Positions 1 through 15,010 of a stretch of 64,000 nucleotides of DNA are shown piece after piece. Under the pieces are notes generated by a model. It did no database searches, was not told where the DNA came from, and saw nothing but the letters and a program-made list of their open reading frames with translations. Numbering within the stretch: position 1 is the first letter of the stretch; each line of letters begins with the position of its first letter. Source of the stretch: the human T2T-CHM13v2.0 reference genome, Homo sapiens; the NCBI RefSeq assembly GCF_009914755.1, contig NC_060938.1. One strand, written 5' to 3'. The position numbers and the translations under genes were made by a program.

Positions 1-1700
<1,700 letters not shown>

Positions 1701-1784
1701 TAAGCACTAGATTGGATGCTCCATAACATCGACAGAATAATGGAGAGAAATAATGAGATACCAAAGGGGCATCTTGCCTGAAAC

Positions 1785-2381
1785 TGTTACCAGAAAGGGG
1801 TCCCAATCTGGACCCCAAGAGAGGGTTCTTGGATCTCACGCAAGAAAGAATTCAGGGTGAGTCCATACTGTAAGGTGAAAACAACTTTATTAAGAAAGTA
1901 AAAGAATAAAAGATGGCTATTCCATAGGCAGAGCAGCAGCTTGGGCTGCTGGACTAAGGATATATATTTCTTGATTATATGCTAAACAAGGGGTGGGCAA
2001 TTCTTGGAAATGAGTGTTCCTCCCCCTTTTAGACCATATAGGGTGACTTCCTGATGTTGCCATGCCATTTGCAAACTGTCATGGCACTGGTGGGAGTGTC
2101 TTTTAGCATGCTAATACATTATAATTAGTACATAATGAACAAATAAGACAATCAAAGGTCACTTTCATCACCATCTTGGTTTTGGTGGGTTGGGGCTGGC
2201 TTCTTTATCACAACCTGTTTTATCAGCCAGGTCTTTATGACCTATATCTTATGCCAACCTCCTATCTCATCCTGTGACTAAGAATGCATAACCTCCTGAG
2301 AATGCAGCCCAGTAGGTCTCAGCCTTATTTTACCCAGCCCCTATTCAAGATGGAGTCTCTCTTGTTCAAATGCCTCTGACA
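1785..2381 (-). mobile_element. MER41 (MER41B-like) ERV1 solo LTR
   Basis: Reverse complement begins TGTCAGAGGCATTTGAACAAGAGAGACTCCATCTTGAATAGGGGCTGGGTAAAATAAGGCTGAGACC, matching the MER41 5' end; TG...CA termini. Confidence 0.9.
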
Positions 2382-2939
2382 AAAATGTGCTAATGTTCCA
2401 GGAAGTGACCATGAGGAACTCAGTTCTGTGCACCTGAGCTCCTAAAAACCACCCACCTCCCAAAATTTCAGACCAGCTCTTGGTACAGAAAGTGGTCAGA
2501 GGAGGATTCTATTCCTTGTTTCTTGCCTCCCAACTCCCTTTCCTCCCTGCCTTGAATAACCTCTTTCTCCCTCTGTGCATCCATTTACCTGACCAGTCCC
2601 CACTCCCAACAAAGTGCCCAGTGCTCTGTGTCTGTAACACAAGGTGAAAGCCTTTGGGAGCAGAAAAGATAGTTTTCAGACAAAATTCAGTCTGCAACAT
2701 GAGAGAGCAGCAAAATTAAAGCCCCAAGCGCTTTGTCCAGAGTTATTCTCTTTAAAGGAGGAACTTGGCAACTTGGCATGCACATGTTGCTCTCATGGAA
2801 GACAGAGAATGACAAAGTAAGCGATGAGTTTGAAAGGTTTTTACCCTTGTACAAAAAACAACTAAGCACCTTCTGTTTCCCTAGTTCAGTGCTGAGGAAA
2901 GAGAAATTTACTCAGGTACATTATCAGTCACCCTGTCTG

Positions 2940-3120
2940 CTGTAGCATAAGGAATATAGACCTTGGAATCAGACATTCCAGCATTGGCCTTGGGCTCTGT
3001 CATGCACAAAAAGCCATGTGACCTTCAGCAAATTGAGTCATTGATGATACTCAGTTACTGTATCTTTAAACTGGGGCTATTTATACCTATCTCAAGGACT
3101 GGTGAGGGAGTTAGGGTATG
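2940..3120 (+). mobile_element. MIR SINE
   Basis: MIR core (tgtgaccttcagcaaat...ctcagtt...tatctttaaactgggg...atacctatctca). Confidence 0.7.
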
Positions 3121-3657
3121 TCAAACTGGGAGCCCAGTGCCAAGATCTCCTTTAGGAATTACAGCCTGTTGGGGAAATAAGACACATGCTTTGAAACTTA
3201 AGCAACCATCTTGCTGGATATAAAACCAATATACAAAAAATTCAATAGTATTTCTATGTGCAAGAAACAGAAAGTAAAATTTTAAAAGTACTATTAAAAT
3301 AGCGTATTATTCATATATAAATATAACAAAATATGCATGATTGTATATTGAAATTTGCGAAACATTATAGAAAGGAAACTTAAATAAATGGAATGATTCA
3401 ATATATCATGCATCAGATCACTCAGTATTATAAAGCCATCACTCAAAGCAATCCCAATCAACATCCCAGCAAGTTTAATCTTTTTTTGTTGTTCTTGTCA
3501 GAAATTGACAAGTTGGTTGTAAAATTCATATGGAACTGCAAGAACCAAGAACAGCCAAGGCCATTTTGAAGTAGAACAAACCCCGAGGATTACCAGATGA
3601 AAAGCTACAATAATTAAGACAGTATGGGCTGGGCGCGGTGGCTCACGCCTGTAATCC

Positions 3658-4475
<818 letters not shown>

Positions 4476-5169
4476 CTAGAAAAGAGACACCACGAGCAGT
4501 GGGGGAAAGGATAGCCTTCCCAGCCATATATGCATGGACCAAAATGAATCTCAATTCTTACCTCACACAATGTACAATGGATTGCAGATTTAAACAAGAA
4601 AGATTTTTACCTTTTAAAGGAAAACATGATCAAATGTATTCATAATCCTGAAGTAGGCAGATTTCTTAAGGAGGACATAAAATCACTAACCATAAAAGAA
4701 AATCTTATAAATCTGGACTAAATTTGGATAAAATGAAAGATGCTCATCATGACACACCATTAATAGAATGAAAAGGCAACCTACTTCTTCTATAAAGTAG
4801 TAGAAGATATTTGCACTACATGTGTCAGAAAAAAGACTTGTATTCAGAATATATAAAGAACTCTTACAAATCAACATGAAAAAGACAAGCAACCCAATAT
4901 ATAGGTGGGCAAAACACTCAGACAAGAGCTTCACCAAAAGGGTTATCCAGATATCCAATAAACATAAATAAGCTCTACCTCACTGGACATCAGGAAAATG
5001 CAGTTTAAAACCAATATTAGACATCAATATTACATACTTACCAGAACTGCTAAAATGGAAAAGAGAAAATACTAAGTGTTGCTAAGATTGTGAACAACCG
5101 GATTTTCATATTTTGTTAAGTATACATTTATTCAACCACTTTGGAAAACTGACAGTTTCTACTAAAGCT

Positions 5170-5836
5170 GTGGTTTTGCTTTCCACATTTTCAGTTATCC
5201 ATGGTCAACTGCAGCGCAAAAATATTAAATGGAAAATTCCAGAAATAAATAACTACTAAATTTTAAACTGCATGCTATTCTAAGTATTGTGAAGACATTT
5301 CTCACTGTCCTGCTCTGTCTTGCCTGGGACGCGAATCATCCCTTTTCCCAGCATATCCATGCTGTTTACACTCCTTTCCAGTTGCCACTTAGTGGCCATC
5401 TTGGTTTTCAGTCTGACTGTCGAGGTATCGCAGTGCTCATGTTCAAGTTACCCTTATTTTATTTCATAATGGCCCCAAAGTGCAAGAGTACTGATGCTGG
5501 CAATTTGGATATGCCAAAAGGAAGCTTTAAAGTGCTTTCTTTAATAGAAAAGGTGAAAGTTCTTGACTTAAAGAAAAAGAAAAAAAGTATGTTGAGGTTG
5601 CTAAGATCTACAGTAAGAACAAATCTTCTATCCATGAAATTGTGAAAGAAGAAAAAGAAATTCATGCTACTTTTGTTGTTGCACCTCAAACTGCAAAAGT
5701 TACAGCCACAGTGCATGATAAGTGCTTAATGAAGGCAGAAAAGGCATGACATTTGTGGGTGGAATACACGAACAGAATCATGTTCAGATTGACAGCAATT
5801 GGGTTCAGTATTATTCCAGGTTTCAGGGACCCACTC
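5170..5836 (+). mobile_element. MER44-type (Tigger7-derived) DNA transposon
   Basis: ttttcagttatccatggtcaactgcag...aatattaaatggaaaattccagaaataaa, and ...ggtttcagggacccact near the 3' end. Confidence 0.75.
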
Positions 5837-6391
5837 TTCTTACCTAACAGGAATGTGTGCACATGTCCACCAGAAGACATGTATTGGGAGGTGCATTGTA
5901 GTGCTATTCAAAACAGCCTCAATCTGATAAGTACTTGAAAGCCCTTCTCAGCAATGAGAATGAACAAACTACAGCTATGCACAAAAAGATGGATGAAATT
6001 CACAAACATAAGGTTGAGGGGAAGAAATCAACCATGAATGAACTTCACAGACATTCTGTGGGCAAAAGCAGACAGACTCAAACAAGTACACATTGTATTA
6101 CTCTATTCATGATTCCATTTACAGAACACATAAAAACAAGCCAAGCTAATCTGTAGTGCTGGAAGTTAGAAGAGGGATTACCCTCAATGGGGAAAGGTGG
6201 TAGCTGGAAGGGGGTATACGTTGAAGGATAATGGAGGTGTTAGTTATGATCTCCTTTCTTGAGCTGGGTGCTGGTCACACAGGTGCATTTGTGAACATTC
6301 ACCATGCTGCATACTCAAAATACTTGCACTTTGCTGTGTGTCTATTATACTTCAGTTAAAGGGTTTTTATTATCAACATTAAAATTAATGT

Positions 6392-6571
6392 CTTTGGTGA
6401 AGCTTCTGAGTACTTTGCCCACTTATGTATTGGGTTGTTTGTCTTTTCATGTTGATTTGTAGAAGTTCTTTATATATTCTGAATAATAGTCTTTGACACA
6501 TGTACTGCAAATATCTTATACTACTTCGTGGGTTGCCTTTTCATCCTTTTAATGGTGTGTCATGATGAGCA
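6392..6571 (-). repeat. Inverted copy of L1 segment 4741-4939
   Basis: Reverse complement aligns collinearly with 4741-4939 (tgctcatcatgacacaccatta...agcttcaccaaag). Confidence 0.9.
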
Positions 6572-6623
6572 GTTAAATAATAAAGAGAAGTTGTCTGAAA
6601 TGCTGACCATCAAGAACCAAAGG

Positions 6624-7240
<617 letters not shown>

Positions 7241-7281
<41 letters not shown>
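7241..7281. repeat. (CA)20 microsatellite in Alu tail
   Basis: Direct reading. Confidence 0.98.
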
Positions 7282-7294
<13 letters not shown>

Positions 7295-7564
7295 CAAAAC
7301 AAAACAGGATGAACACAGGCTTAGATGCTATGAAAGTTTGGAGTAGAAGTGGTTGGTGTGGCCTGGAGAGGTCCCAGGGGTCTTCTTGGATAGGAGCATT
7401 TAAACAGCCTTGAGGGCTTTTGATGAAGGGAAGAAGCCCTTTGGCTCTATGTAAAAAAATAACCTTTGAAAAATAGGTTGATGATTATAACTGGTTCTTT
7501 CGATGCAGGGAAATTTCTGACCAGCCTCGTGTAATTTTGAAGAAAATGATTAAAAAGAAATTTC

Positions 7565-7725
7565 AGTGTGATGTGGTAGGTACAGAGAGAAGCATACTTT
7601 CCTCTGTGAGCCTAATAAAGTTACTCACTTCTCTGAGCTGCAGTTTCTGCATCTGTAAAATGAAAAATAATGCCTCTTCAGAGGGTTATGAGTGTTAAAT
7701 ATGATGGTTGGCATGAAACTGTTAG
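7565..7725 (+). mobile_element. MIR
   Basis: aagttactcacttctctgagctgcagtttctgcatctgtaaaatg core. Confidence 0.7.
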
Positions 7726-8585
7726 TGTGGAAAAAAAGAACCCTAGACAGCCTTTATTAGTCCCTAAATAAACAGTGTATTGTATATCGGGTTTAACCAT
7801 AGCAAGCCTTTTCTAGATCTCCCACCTCCAAGAACCTGTGGGTGACATTGATAAATATATAAACAGCTAACTTCAGGCTTCCGCTCTCCAGATTGGAACA
7901 GTTGTTCATCAGCACAAAGGCTGAGGGTGTTGGTGCTGGGATGATTCACAGAGAGAAGTGGAGTGGGTCTATGGTCATTATGCAGTTTATTACTTAATTC
8001 CCTTTGGCTGCTCCATGCCCTGCCTAGAGATGAAGCAGCACTTTTATTTGAGGACAAGAAGCTGGCTCACAGTGGGTTTGTGTGTCCCCCATGCCAAATG
8101 TGCTTGCTTTGTCAGACTCTGCAAGGTTGCTCCCTCCTGCTGAAATCCTGGAGGTGCAATGTCATGAGTTACAGGAATCCCAGGATACAGGAGATGGAGA
8201 ATGAACTCAAAACCTTTACTGCCAAATTTGCTGCTCCTTGGGATTGTACCACCTCTTTCCTGGTCTCCTGGTAGCAGCCTCATATTAGACTTAATTATGC
8301 TAAATTATTTAGGCTAAATTATCTCCCTGTACCTAGACTCTTCTTATCATGCCCTCTACCAAGTAAGATCTTCTACAACAGGAATCTGAACAGGGCACTG
8401 CCCTGGGGATAAAGTGCCAGCTCCAGGGCAGACTATACAAGTTTCTCTGAGATCTGGCCTTGTAGAGTGCTGGAGGCAGAGAGACCATCAGGATGGTTGT
8501 TGTGTCCTGAGAGAGGGACGATGGTGGTTCAAACAAAGGCAGTGGCAGCCGGGAGGTAAGAAATGAGCTGCTGAAAAAACTATTA

Positions 8586-8756
8586 AGGAAGTAGAATCAA
8601 TAGGAAGTAAAGAATAATCTACAGGAAGTAAAGTCAAATCAACAGGAAGTAAGGTTGAATCAATAGGAAGTAAAGAAGAGTCTGCAGGAAATAAAGTCAA
8701 ATCAACAGGAAGTAAGGTTGACTCAACGGGAAGTTGAGTAAAATCAATGGGAAGAA
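8586..8756. repeat. 21-bp minisatellite with 63-bp higher-order period; each unit begins with RGGAA
   Basis: RGGAA starts at 8586, 8602, 8623, 8644, 8665, 8686, 8707, 8728, 8749. Confidence 0.9.
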
Positions 8757-8974
8757 AATCAGCTGATTGTTGTGTGTGTGTGAGTGTGTGGTTGAGGGCT
8801 AGGCAGGGGGATGAAGAAGGGAAAGGAGGAGTAGATTTTCTTCCCAGATGCTTTCCTGGAAACAGTGTGGTTGGGGATGCTATTTACTGTAATGGGAGCA
8901 TAATGAGAGAAGCAGGTTTTCTTAACCTGCCCTCACCATCCCCTACCCCTGGCCCCCCAGCACCCCAGCCACAG

Positions 8975-9460
8975 AACCTGAGAGAAAAGTTCACAGTGGG
9001 GTTGTTTAGTTGAGAATGTAATGCCAGAAATCAGGAATGAGGGCCTTGGGAGGTGAAATGGGAAGGAGAGACCCAAGGCAAGGAGACATTATTCAACTGG
9101 CCACCACCATGAGTGACTGGTTGCTCAATCCCATGGAACTTCTGAGTCACTTTATGAAACGCATCTCAGGACTGTCCTCAGATGATGAAAGTGGAAGGAA
9201 GGCATTAGCTCCTATCCCTGTTGGCCCAAAGCTGCCCATAGAGTTAACATCCTACACTTTTGATTGCATGGATCTGAGGGCCCAGGAGTGTGACACCCTG
9301 AGAGAAGCCCAGGGATAGGGCACAAGAGACATACAGCCCTAACCTGAGAAAAGGCACTGCCAAATGGCACCTGCGCAAAGCCAGTTGAAGCTCGGTGGAA
9401 CAGGCCATCACAGCAGTGGCTGGAAAGAGATGGCGTAGAGGGCAAGAGCGGTGGACTCCA
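8975..9460 (-). mobile_element. Ancient ERVL-type LTR remnant (LTR33/LTR16-like)
   Basis: Resemblance from memory (ggccaccaccatgagtgactggttgctcaatcccatgg). Family and ends uncertain. Confidence 0.35.
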
Positions 9461-9639
9461 TCTCAGAGAGCTGTGTGAGAGTGATCCAACATCCAGTTCA
9501 GAGATGAATGTACTAAAATATAAAATGATACCTGAACTTGAGAAGCCCACAATCTTGGAAGGAGGACATTTAAACACAAGTTACACAGCAAGGTGGGGAG
9601 AGTGCCGTTGCTGCTAATTGCTGTGAATATAAATATCTA

Positions 9640-10075
9640 TTTACTTTTACGGGGCACTGCTTTAAGTATATGCTTTACTGTAAATTCTCTCATTTAATTC
9701 TCACAGCCATCCTATCAGGAGTTAATATTATCCCCAGTTCACAGATGAGGACATGGTGATACATTGTCCAGAGTCATAAGCTAGTAGGTGGTACAGCCAA
9801 GATGCAAACTGTTTAAACCCTTTGGAATGATCAAAGGAAGTAGATACTGGATCTGATGAGTTGGAGGGGGCAGATCAGCCATGAGTTGGTTATAATGACA
9901 CTCCTTTGTATATAGTTAGTGCCATTTTTGCAAAGGCATTTACAAATATGGTTTAATTGATACTAATAATACAAGGCAGGAGTCATCGTTGTCATCTTTA
10001 TTTGATGGAAGAGGAAACAAAAGCACAGAAAGGTGAAGCATCTTTACCCAGATCATTCAGAGGATCAGCAGTGGG
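9640..10075 (-). mobile_element. Two MIR fragments
   Basis: tcatttaattctcacagc...ccccagttcacagatgagga; gatggaagaggaaacaaaagcacagaaaggtgaag. Confidence 0.65.
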
Positions 10076-10709
10076 GCCACTGCCGGCCACTGGGCAGCTG
10101 ATGGCTAGTAAATCTCCCTTCTGCACTCTGCTTTGGAAGAAGGATGACCAGAAAGGCCTGGGCCCATTGGCATTCCAGCACTGTCCTCAAGTGAGTCAGG
10201 TACCACTATACAGACTCAATTTTACCTTCGGTAATTTCCTCCTTCTGTAAAGATTTATTTTAGGCTATAGGGGGGCAAAAGGATTCCTCACAGTTAAAAG
10301 CATTTGCCGCTCATACCAATGTCCACTATGATCTTCACCCTGATTCTGGACATGGAGGGAAAGGTTTGTTTCCTTTAGACCACATCTCCTGGGCCGGCCA
10401 TGGGAGATGGTGACAGAAGCTTGTGACAGAAGCTACATTCTAGAGAGCTGAGGATATTTGAAGATATGTGAGTCAAAAGTGGGAGTAGAGAGCCTGGCCC
10501 AGGGCAGGTGGGCCAGGCCTGAAGTGAGACCATGAAATAGACAAGCCCACAGAATCACCCCAAGAACCAGGGGGACAAGGGTGTGGCGGGAGGACACTGT
10601 CCATACCTCTGAGGATGGAGTTTGAGGTCTGTCTTTTCAGCCTGCTCACAGCAGAGGCCCTGAGGACTCATTTCCTGGCTCTGAGCCCCACTTTTCCTGT
10701 TTGGCTTAT

Positions 10710-10980
10710 TGGTTAAAGGTGTGGACTGTGGAGTCAGCTTCATGTGGGACTGACTCCTCCACTAGCTGAGGGGCCTTGGACAAAGCACCTAACGTCTCAC
10801 TGCTTGGTTTCCCCTCTGTAGATAGGAGATGTTGATAAGGGCAGTCAGGAGGATTGGATGTGTTACCTTAGGCTGAGTGCTGAGGAAGAGGCCTAGTGTA
10901 CAGGGCATTGAGAAGTCACGTCTGAAATATGAGACATCACTCAGCCTTGCCCCGAGGCTGTTGTGAGATCAAATGAACAC
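10710..10980 (+). mobile_element. MIR fragments
   Basis: ggttaaaggtgtggactgtggagtcag...ggtttcccctctgtag; tgttgtgagatcaaatga. Confidence 0.6.
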
Positions 10981-11444
10981 TGTAAACTGCAAGGCAGGCA
11001 AGGCAGGCAAAGCTACCACGTGGGAGACACTCATGCTCCTCTACACGGAGCCCTCCCCTTTTAAAACCTGCCCTCCAAAGAGGCTCTGGAATCAGCCTTT
11101 TGAGCCACACTCCCTGTCATCCAGCTCTCAGCATACTTCCTCCAGCCTCCACACCTGCCACCTGCCACCTTTCTCCTTGGGATCCCCTCTGCCCAGGCCA
11201 GCTGTGCACGGAACCCACAACCATGAGCTGCCGGCCCTGGCTCTTGACCACCAGGCTCAACACCCTCCTTTGACCAAAACACACAGTGTGAGCCTGTCTG
11301 GGGCCCCACTCACTCAGGACTCTAACATTAGAGTCCTCTGATGCTTGTCTTAGTCCAGAGACCGAACCGTTCATCTTTGTATTCTCTGAAGTGCTGAGAT
11401 CAGTGCCAGACCCAGAAGAGATGGTTCAGAAACAGTAATCATGA

Positions 11445-11446
<2 letters not shown>

Positions 11447-11484
<38 letters not shown>
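11447..11484. repeat. (GT)n microsatellite
   Basis: Direct reading. Confidence 0.97.
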
Positions 11485-11485
<1 letters not shown>

Positions 11486-11514
11486 GGAGAGGGTGGTATG
11501 CACAAGGAGCTAGG

Positions 11515-11690
11515 CTGCATGTAATCCTCTCAGCAGCCCTATGAGTTGCGGACAATTAATATCTCTATTTTATAGGGGAGGGTACTGAGTCATGCACAGG
11601 TAAGTGACTTGCCCACAGTCCTACAGGTAAGCAAGAGAACAGAGATTCCAGCCTAGGCAGTCTAGCCCTCAGAGTTGTGCTTTAACCTCC
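11515..11690 (-). mobile_element. MIR
   Basis: aatcctctcagcagccctatgag...aggtaagtgacttgcccacagtc. Confidence 0.7.
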
Positions 11691-12759
11691 AGCATGTGTG
11701 GCCACTCTGGATGAATGGGCATTGGGCTGGATGTTGGATTGGGATTGGATTGGTGGGACATATTGCCCATAGCAGCTCATCAAGCAAGATTTTTGTTGTC
11801 CTAACTCCCACCCCCACCTCCACCCCACCCTCTGAGTTATTCTGCAGGCAATTTGACCCCAAGGGGACCCTAAAATGTACTGTAACCCCAATTTGACCCC
11901 AAAGGATATTATTGATTTTACTACTCTCTGCAGATGGAGCTGACACATCTGACTACTCTTCCAAGGACTTGGAGCCTATTTTTCCTGGAAGAGTGGATGC
12001 ATTTGCTGTGAGTCTTACTCAGCTCCTTGGTCCAGTTGCCTTCCAGTGTGGCATAAGGGGTCCAGACTGTGTCCACTGCCCTCAGATACCCATATCTACC
12101 TCTGGAGGAGCCAGAAGAAATTACTCTGCACCAGATCCTGGGGACAGAGGATGGAGAGGATGCTTAAGAAGAATCAAAATGTACCCACCCAAACCCTCTG
12201 GAGGTGCTTAAGAGAGAAGCCATTGGAATCACACCTATTGCTTCCTGGCTTGTAATCTTGGGCAATTTGGCTGGCGCCTCCCAGGGTCTTAGCTTCCCCA
12301 TCTATGACTTGAGATGATTCCTAAGGTTGTTGTTTTTAGTAGCCTTTGAGCCCCATTGTTCTGTCTTCTGACCTTGCATTGGCTCTTAGATCCCCAGGGC
12401 CCTTTCCCTTTTCTGTCTGCAAAGGTAGGTAGCACAGCTGGCTGGCTCTTCAATGCAATGTGCACTGCTACAGTGAGGACCCTGGACAACACCTTTCATT
12501 GCACTAAATAGCATCACAGTTTTTTTTTTGTTTAATTTATTTATTTATTTATTTTTTAAGAGGAGCATAAAAAAGTATAAGTACCTTGGCAGGATGTTGA
12601 CTTTGCCTTCCTAATTAAATCTAGGGGAGAATCCTTGTGGAAAAGATGCCAGCAAAATGTATCTCTGAAATTAATTATGATAGCTGAATCAGCATTGGAT
12701 GAGCAATATCTTTCCTCTTATCTTCCTCTGACTTGGATGATTTTAAAAATTCAGTTATT

Positions 12760-13030
12760 CATTCTCTCAGCAAACACTTACCATGCTTTTGGGCACTGTG
12801 GTTAAGCACTGGGGATTTGGAGATAATAATAATCAGGATGCCTGGCGTTGGGTGCCAGAAGCTAGAGGAGGCATTCTTCATGCATCATCTTATTTAATCC
12901 TAACTCTATGAAGCAGGTGCTCTCACTACCCCCATTTTTACAGATGAAGAAGCAGGATGAACACGATTAAGTAACTTATCTAACATCACCAATGGTCAAA
13001 GGCAGACCCTAGATTCAACCCAGTTATTCT
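12760..13030 (-). mobile_element. L2 3' end fragment plus MIR
   Basis: attcattctctcagcaaacactta; cccattttacagatgaagaa...ttaagtaactt. Confidence 0.6.
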
Positions 13031-13495
13031 TCAGCAAGTTGGTAGGGGAACTCCTTACGCTTTCTTTGAAATGGAGCAATTGCCATTTTCTCATTCTTAT
13101 GCAGTGTGTCAAAACCACTCTAGAAACTCTTTTATTTTTATATCAGGAGTGCAACAGTACTCTTTCTGGGCAGTTATAGCCTCAAGACAAATCTCCTAGC
13201 ACCCCCTCTTAGTCTAACTGCCATCCCTAAGTCTCTTCTGTCAAGTAAGTCTGTGGCAACCCCCGTAGAGAGACAAAGAGTAAATGCATTAGTGCATCAA
13301 AATCTCCCATGTGTTGAGATAAAGGTCTCTATAACATATAAGGCAGACACAAAGGAGAGTCAGCTCCACTTAAGATGATGGCCTGGGCACAAAACTTATG
13401 TTAGTTCATATAGGTAACATCAGCTGCTGTAGCAACTAAAGTCCCAAGTTCCAGTAGATTAACAAATGCAAATTGATGTCTCAGTCCATTGTGGG

Positions 13496-13974
13496 TATGA
13501 TGGCTAATTTTATGTGTTGACTTGACTGGGCTAAGCCATGCCCAGATAGCTGGTTAAATATTATTTCTGGGTGTAGGTGTGTCTGGAAGGTTGTTTCTGG
13601 AGAGATTCTCATTTGAATCAATAAAGAAAATTGCCTTCACCAATGTGGGTGGGCACCATCCAATCTGTCCAGGGCCCAAACAGAACAAGAAGGTAGAGGA
13701 AGGGTGAATTTGCTATCTCTATTTGAGCAGGGACATCCATCTTCTCCTGCCCTCAGACATCAGCACTGTAAGTTCTTAGGTCTTTGGATAGACCAGGACT
13801 TACACTATCAGCCTCCCAAGTTCTGGACCTTTGCATTGGATTGCAACTTATACTGTGGGTTCTCTTGCTTCTCAAGCCTTCTGACTGAGACTGAATTATA
13901 TCACTGGCTTTCCTGGTTCTCCAGCTTGCAGACAGAAGATGGTGGGACTTCTGAGCCTCCATAACATCAAATTA

Positions 13975-14022
<48 letters not shown>

Positions 14023-14062
14023 CATATTGATTTTGTTTCTCTGGAGAATTCTGATGAATATG
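13496..14062 (+). mobile_element. MLT2 (MLT2B/C-like, ERVL) solo LTR with internal (TG)n
   Basis: tatgatggctaattttatgtgttgacttgactggg start; ...gtttctctggagaattctga end; 5-bp TSD gtggg at 13491-13495 and 14063-14067. Confidence 0.85.
13978..14020. repeat. (TG)n microsatellite, about 21 units
   Basis: Direct reading. Confidence 0.97.
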
Positions 14063-15010
14063 GTGGGTACTCTTGTTTGGAGGTGGTCATCCCCAAGGCC
14101 ATCCAGGTAGCCATGTCCCTCTCATCTTGTGGCTTTGCAATCCCATGGGGTCTCACAGTCCTTTGCTGGATCCTCTGTATCTGGGTAGGAGACAGGGAAA
14201 GGACAGGGGCCAACCATAGGAGGCTCCCATGGGCCAGGCTGTGAGTGAGTCCCATCACTTCTGACTCATAGTCCAATGTCCAGAATGCAGAGACCCTGGC
14301 TTCAGAGGAGGCTGGGAAATAGGGTATGGCTATGTGTGCAAGAGGAAAGGGAGCAGGTTTGGAGAGCAACTGGTCAGTTTCTGCCACAGGCCTCCACACT
14401 CAATCCATCCCATTTTCCTGAAATTGCTTCTCTGCAAGTGTCTGTTCCCATTACAGTGTGCCCTTAAAGGGCAGAGGCCACTTTTCACTGGAATCCCATG
14501 CTGGAACACAAGGTCTTGGGCATAAAAGGAGCTTGACACATTTCTATTGGCTGACAGATGAAGGCATCAGTGAAGACTTGGGTTGGATATATAATGTTAT
14601 ATATCCATCCAGTTTTATATAATTTTGGATTAGCATTGTGATTTGCAAATGTGATGCTTACTTGTGTACATGAAGGGTTCTGATTTGGAAAAGAAGGACC
14701 TTCTTCCATTGGAAACCAACTTGTTCTTTCGATCAAGCAAGACTCAGCACCGTCATTCATGGGATGGCAGACAGACTATGTAAACTAGCCTGTGTGTTAT
14801 TTTGGCAATAATAAAATAGGATGGCAAACATCATCATTCTATTCAAAAGAGAGAACCTTTTCTTTGGCAATGACTGTCATTATTGGGTTCATTATGTGGT
14901 TGATCAGGAAGCCCCCTCAAGAGTCATTTGCCATTAAGGAAAGACAGGCAAAGGCTAGTGGGGGTGACAACAGCTGCCAAATCTTTTTAAAAGCCCTGAA
15001 ATATCTAGAC

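Larger units (their letters stand above)
13398..14388 (-). mobile_element. Old MaLR LTR (MLT1K-like) split by an MLT2 LTR
   Basis: gctgctgtagcaac...; ...catcacttctgactca...gaggctgggaaat...tctgccaca end. Confidence 0.6.

Noticed and set aside
5382-5398. CTCF-like TTGCCACTTAGTGGCCA
   Set aside because: Mismatch at a near-invariant core position (CCACTAAG instead of CCACTAGG); not callable without ChIP data.
5289-5645. 118-aa ORF as a transposase
   Set aside because: It lies in a non-autonomous MER44/Tigger remnant and is at most a decayed fragment.
8488-8700. ORF with a repeated LLP(I/V)DS peptide
   Set aside because: Antisense translation of the 21-bp minisatellite (7 codons per unit); no sign of a gene.
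8586-8756. CRISPR-like array interpretation of the regular repeat
   Set aside because: The conserved core is only about 7 bp, the spacers are copies of one another, there are no cas genes, and the DNA is primate.
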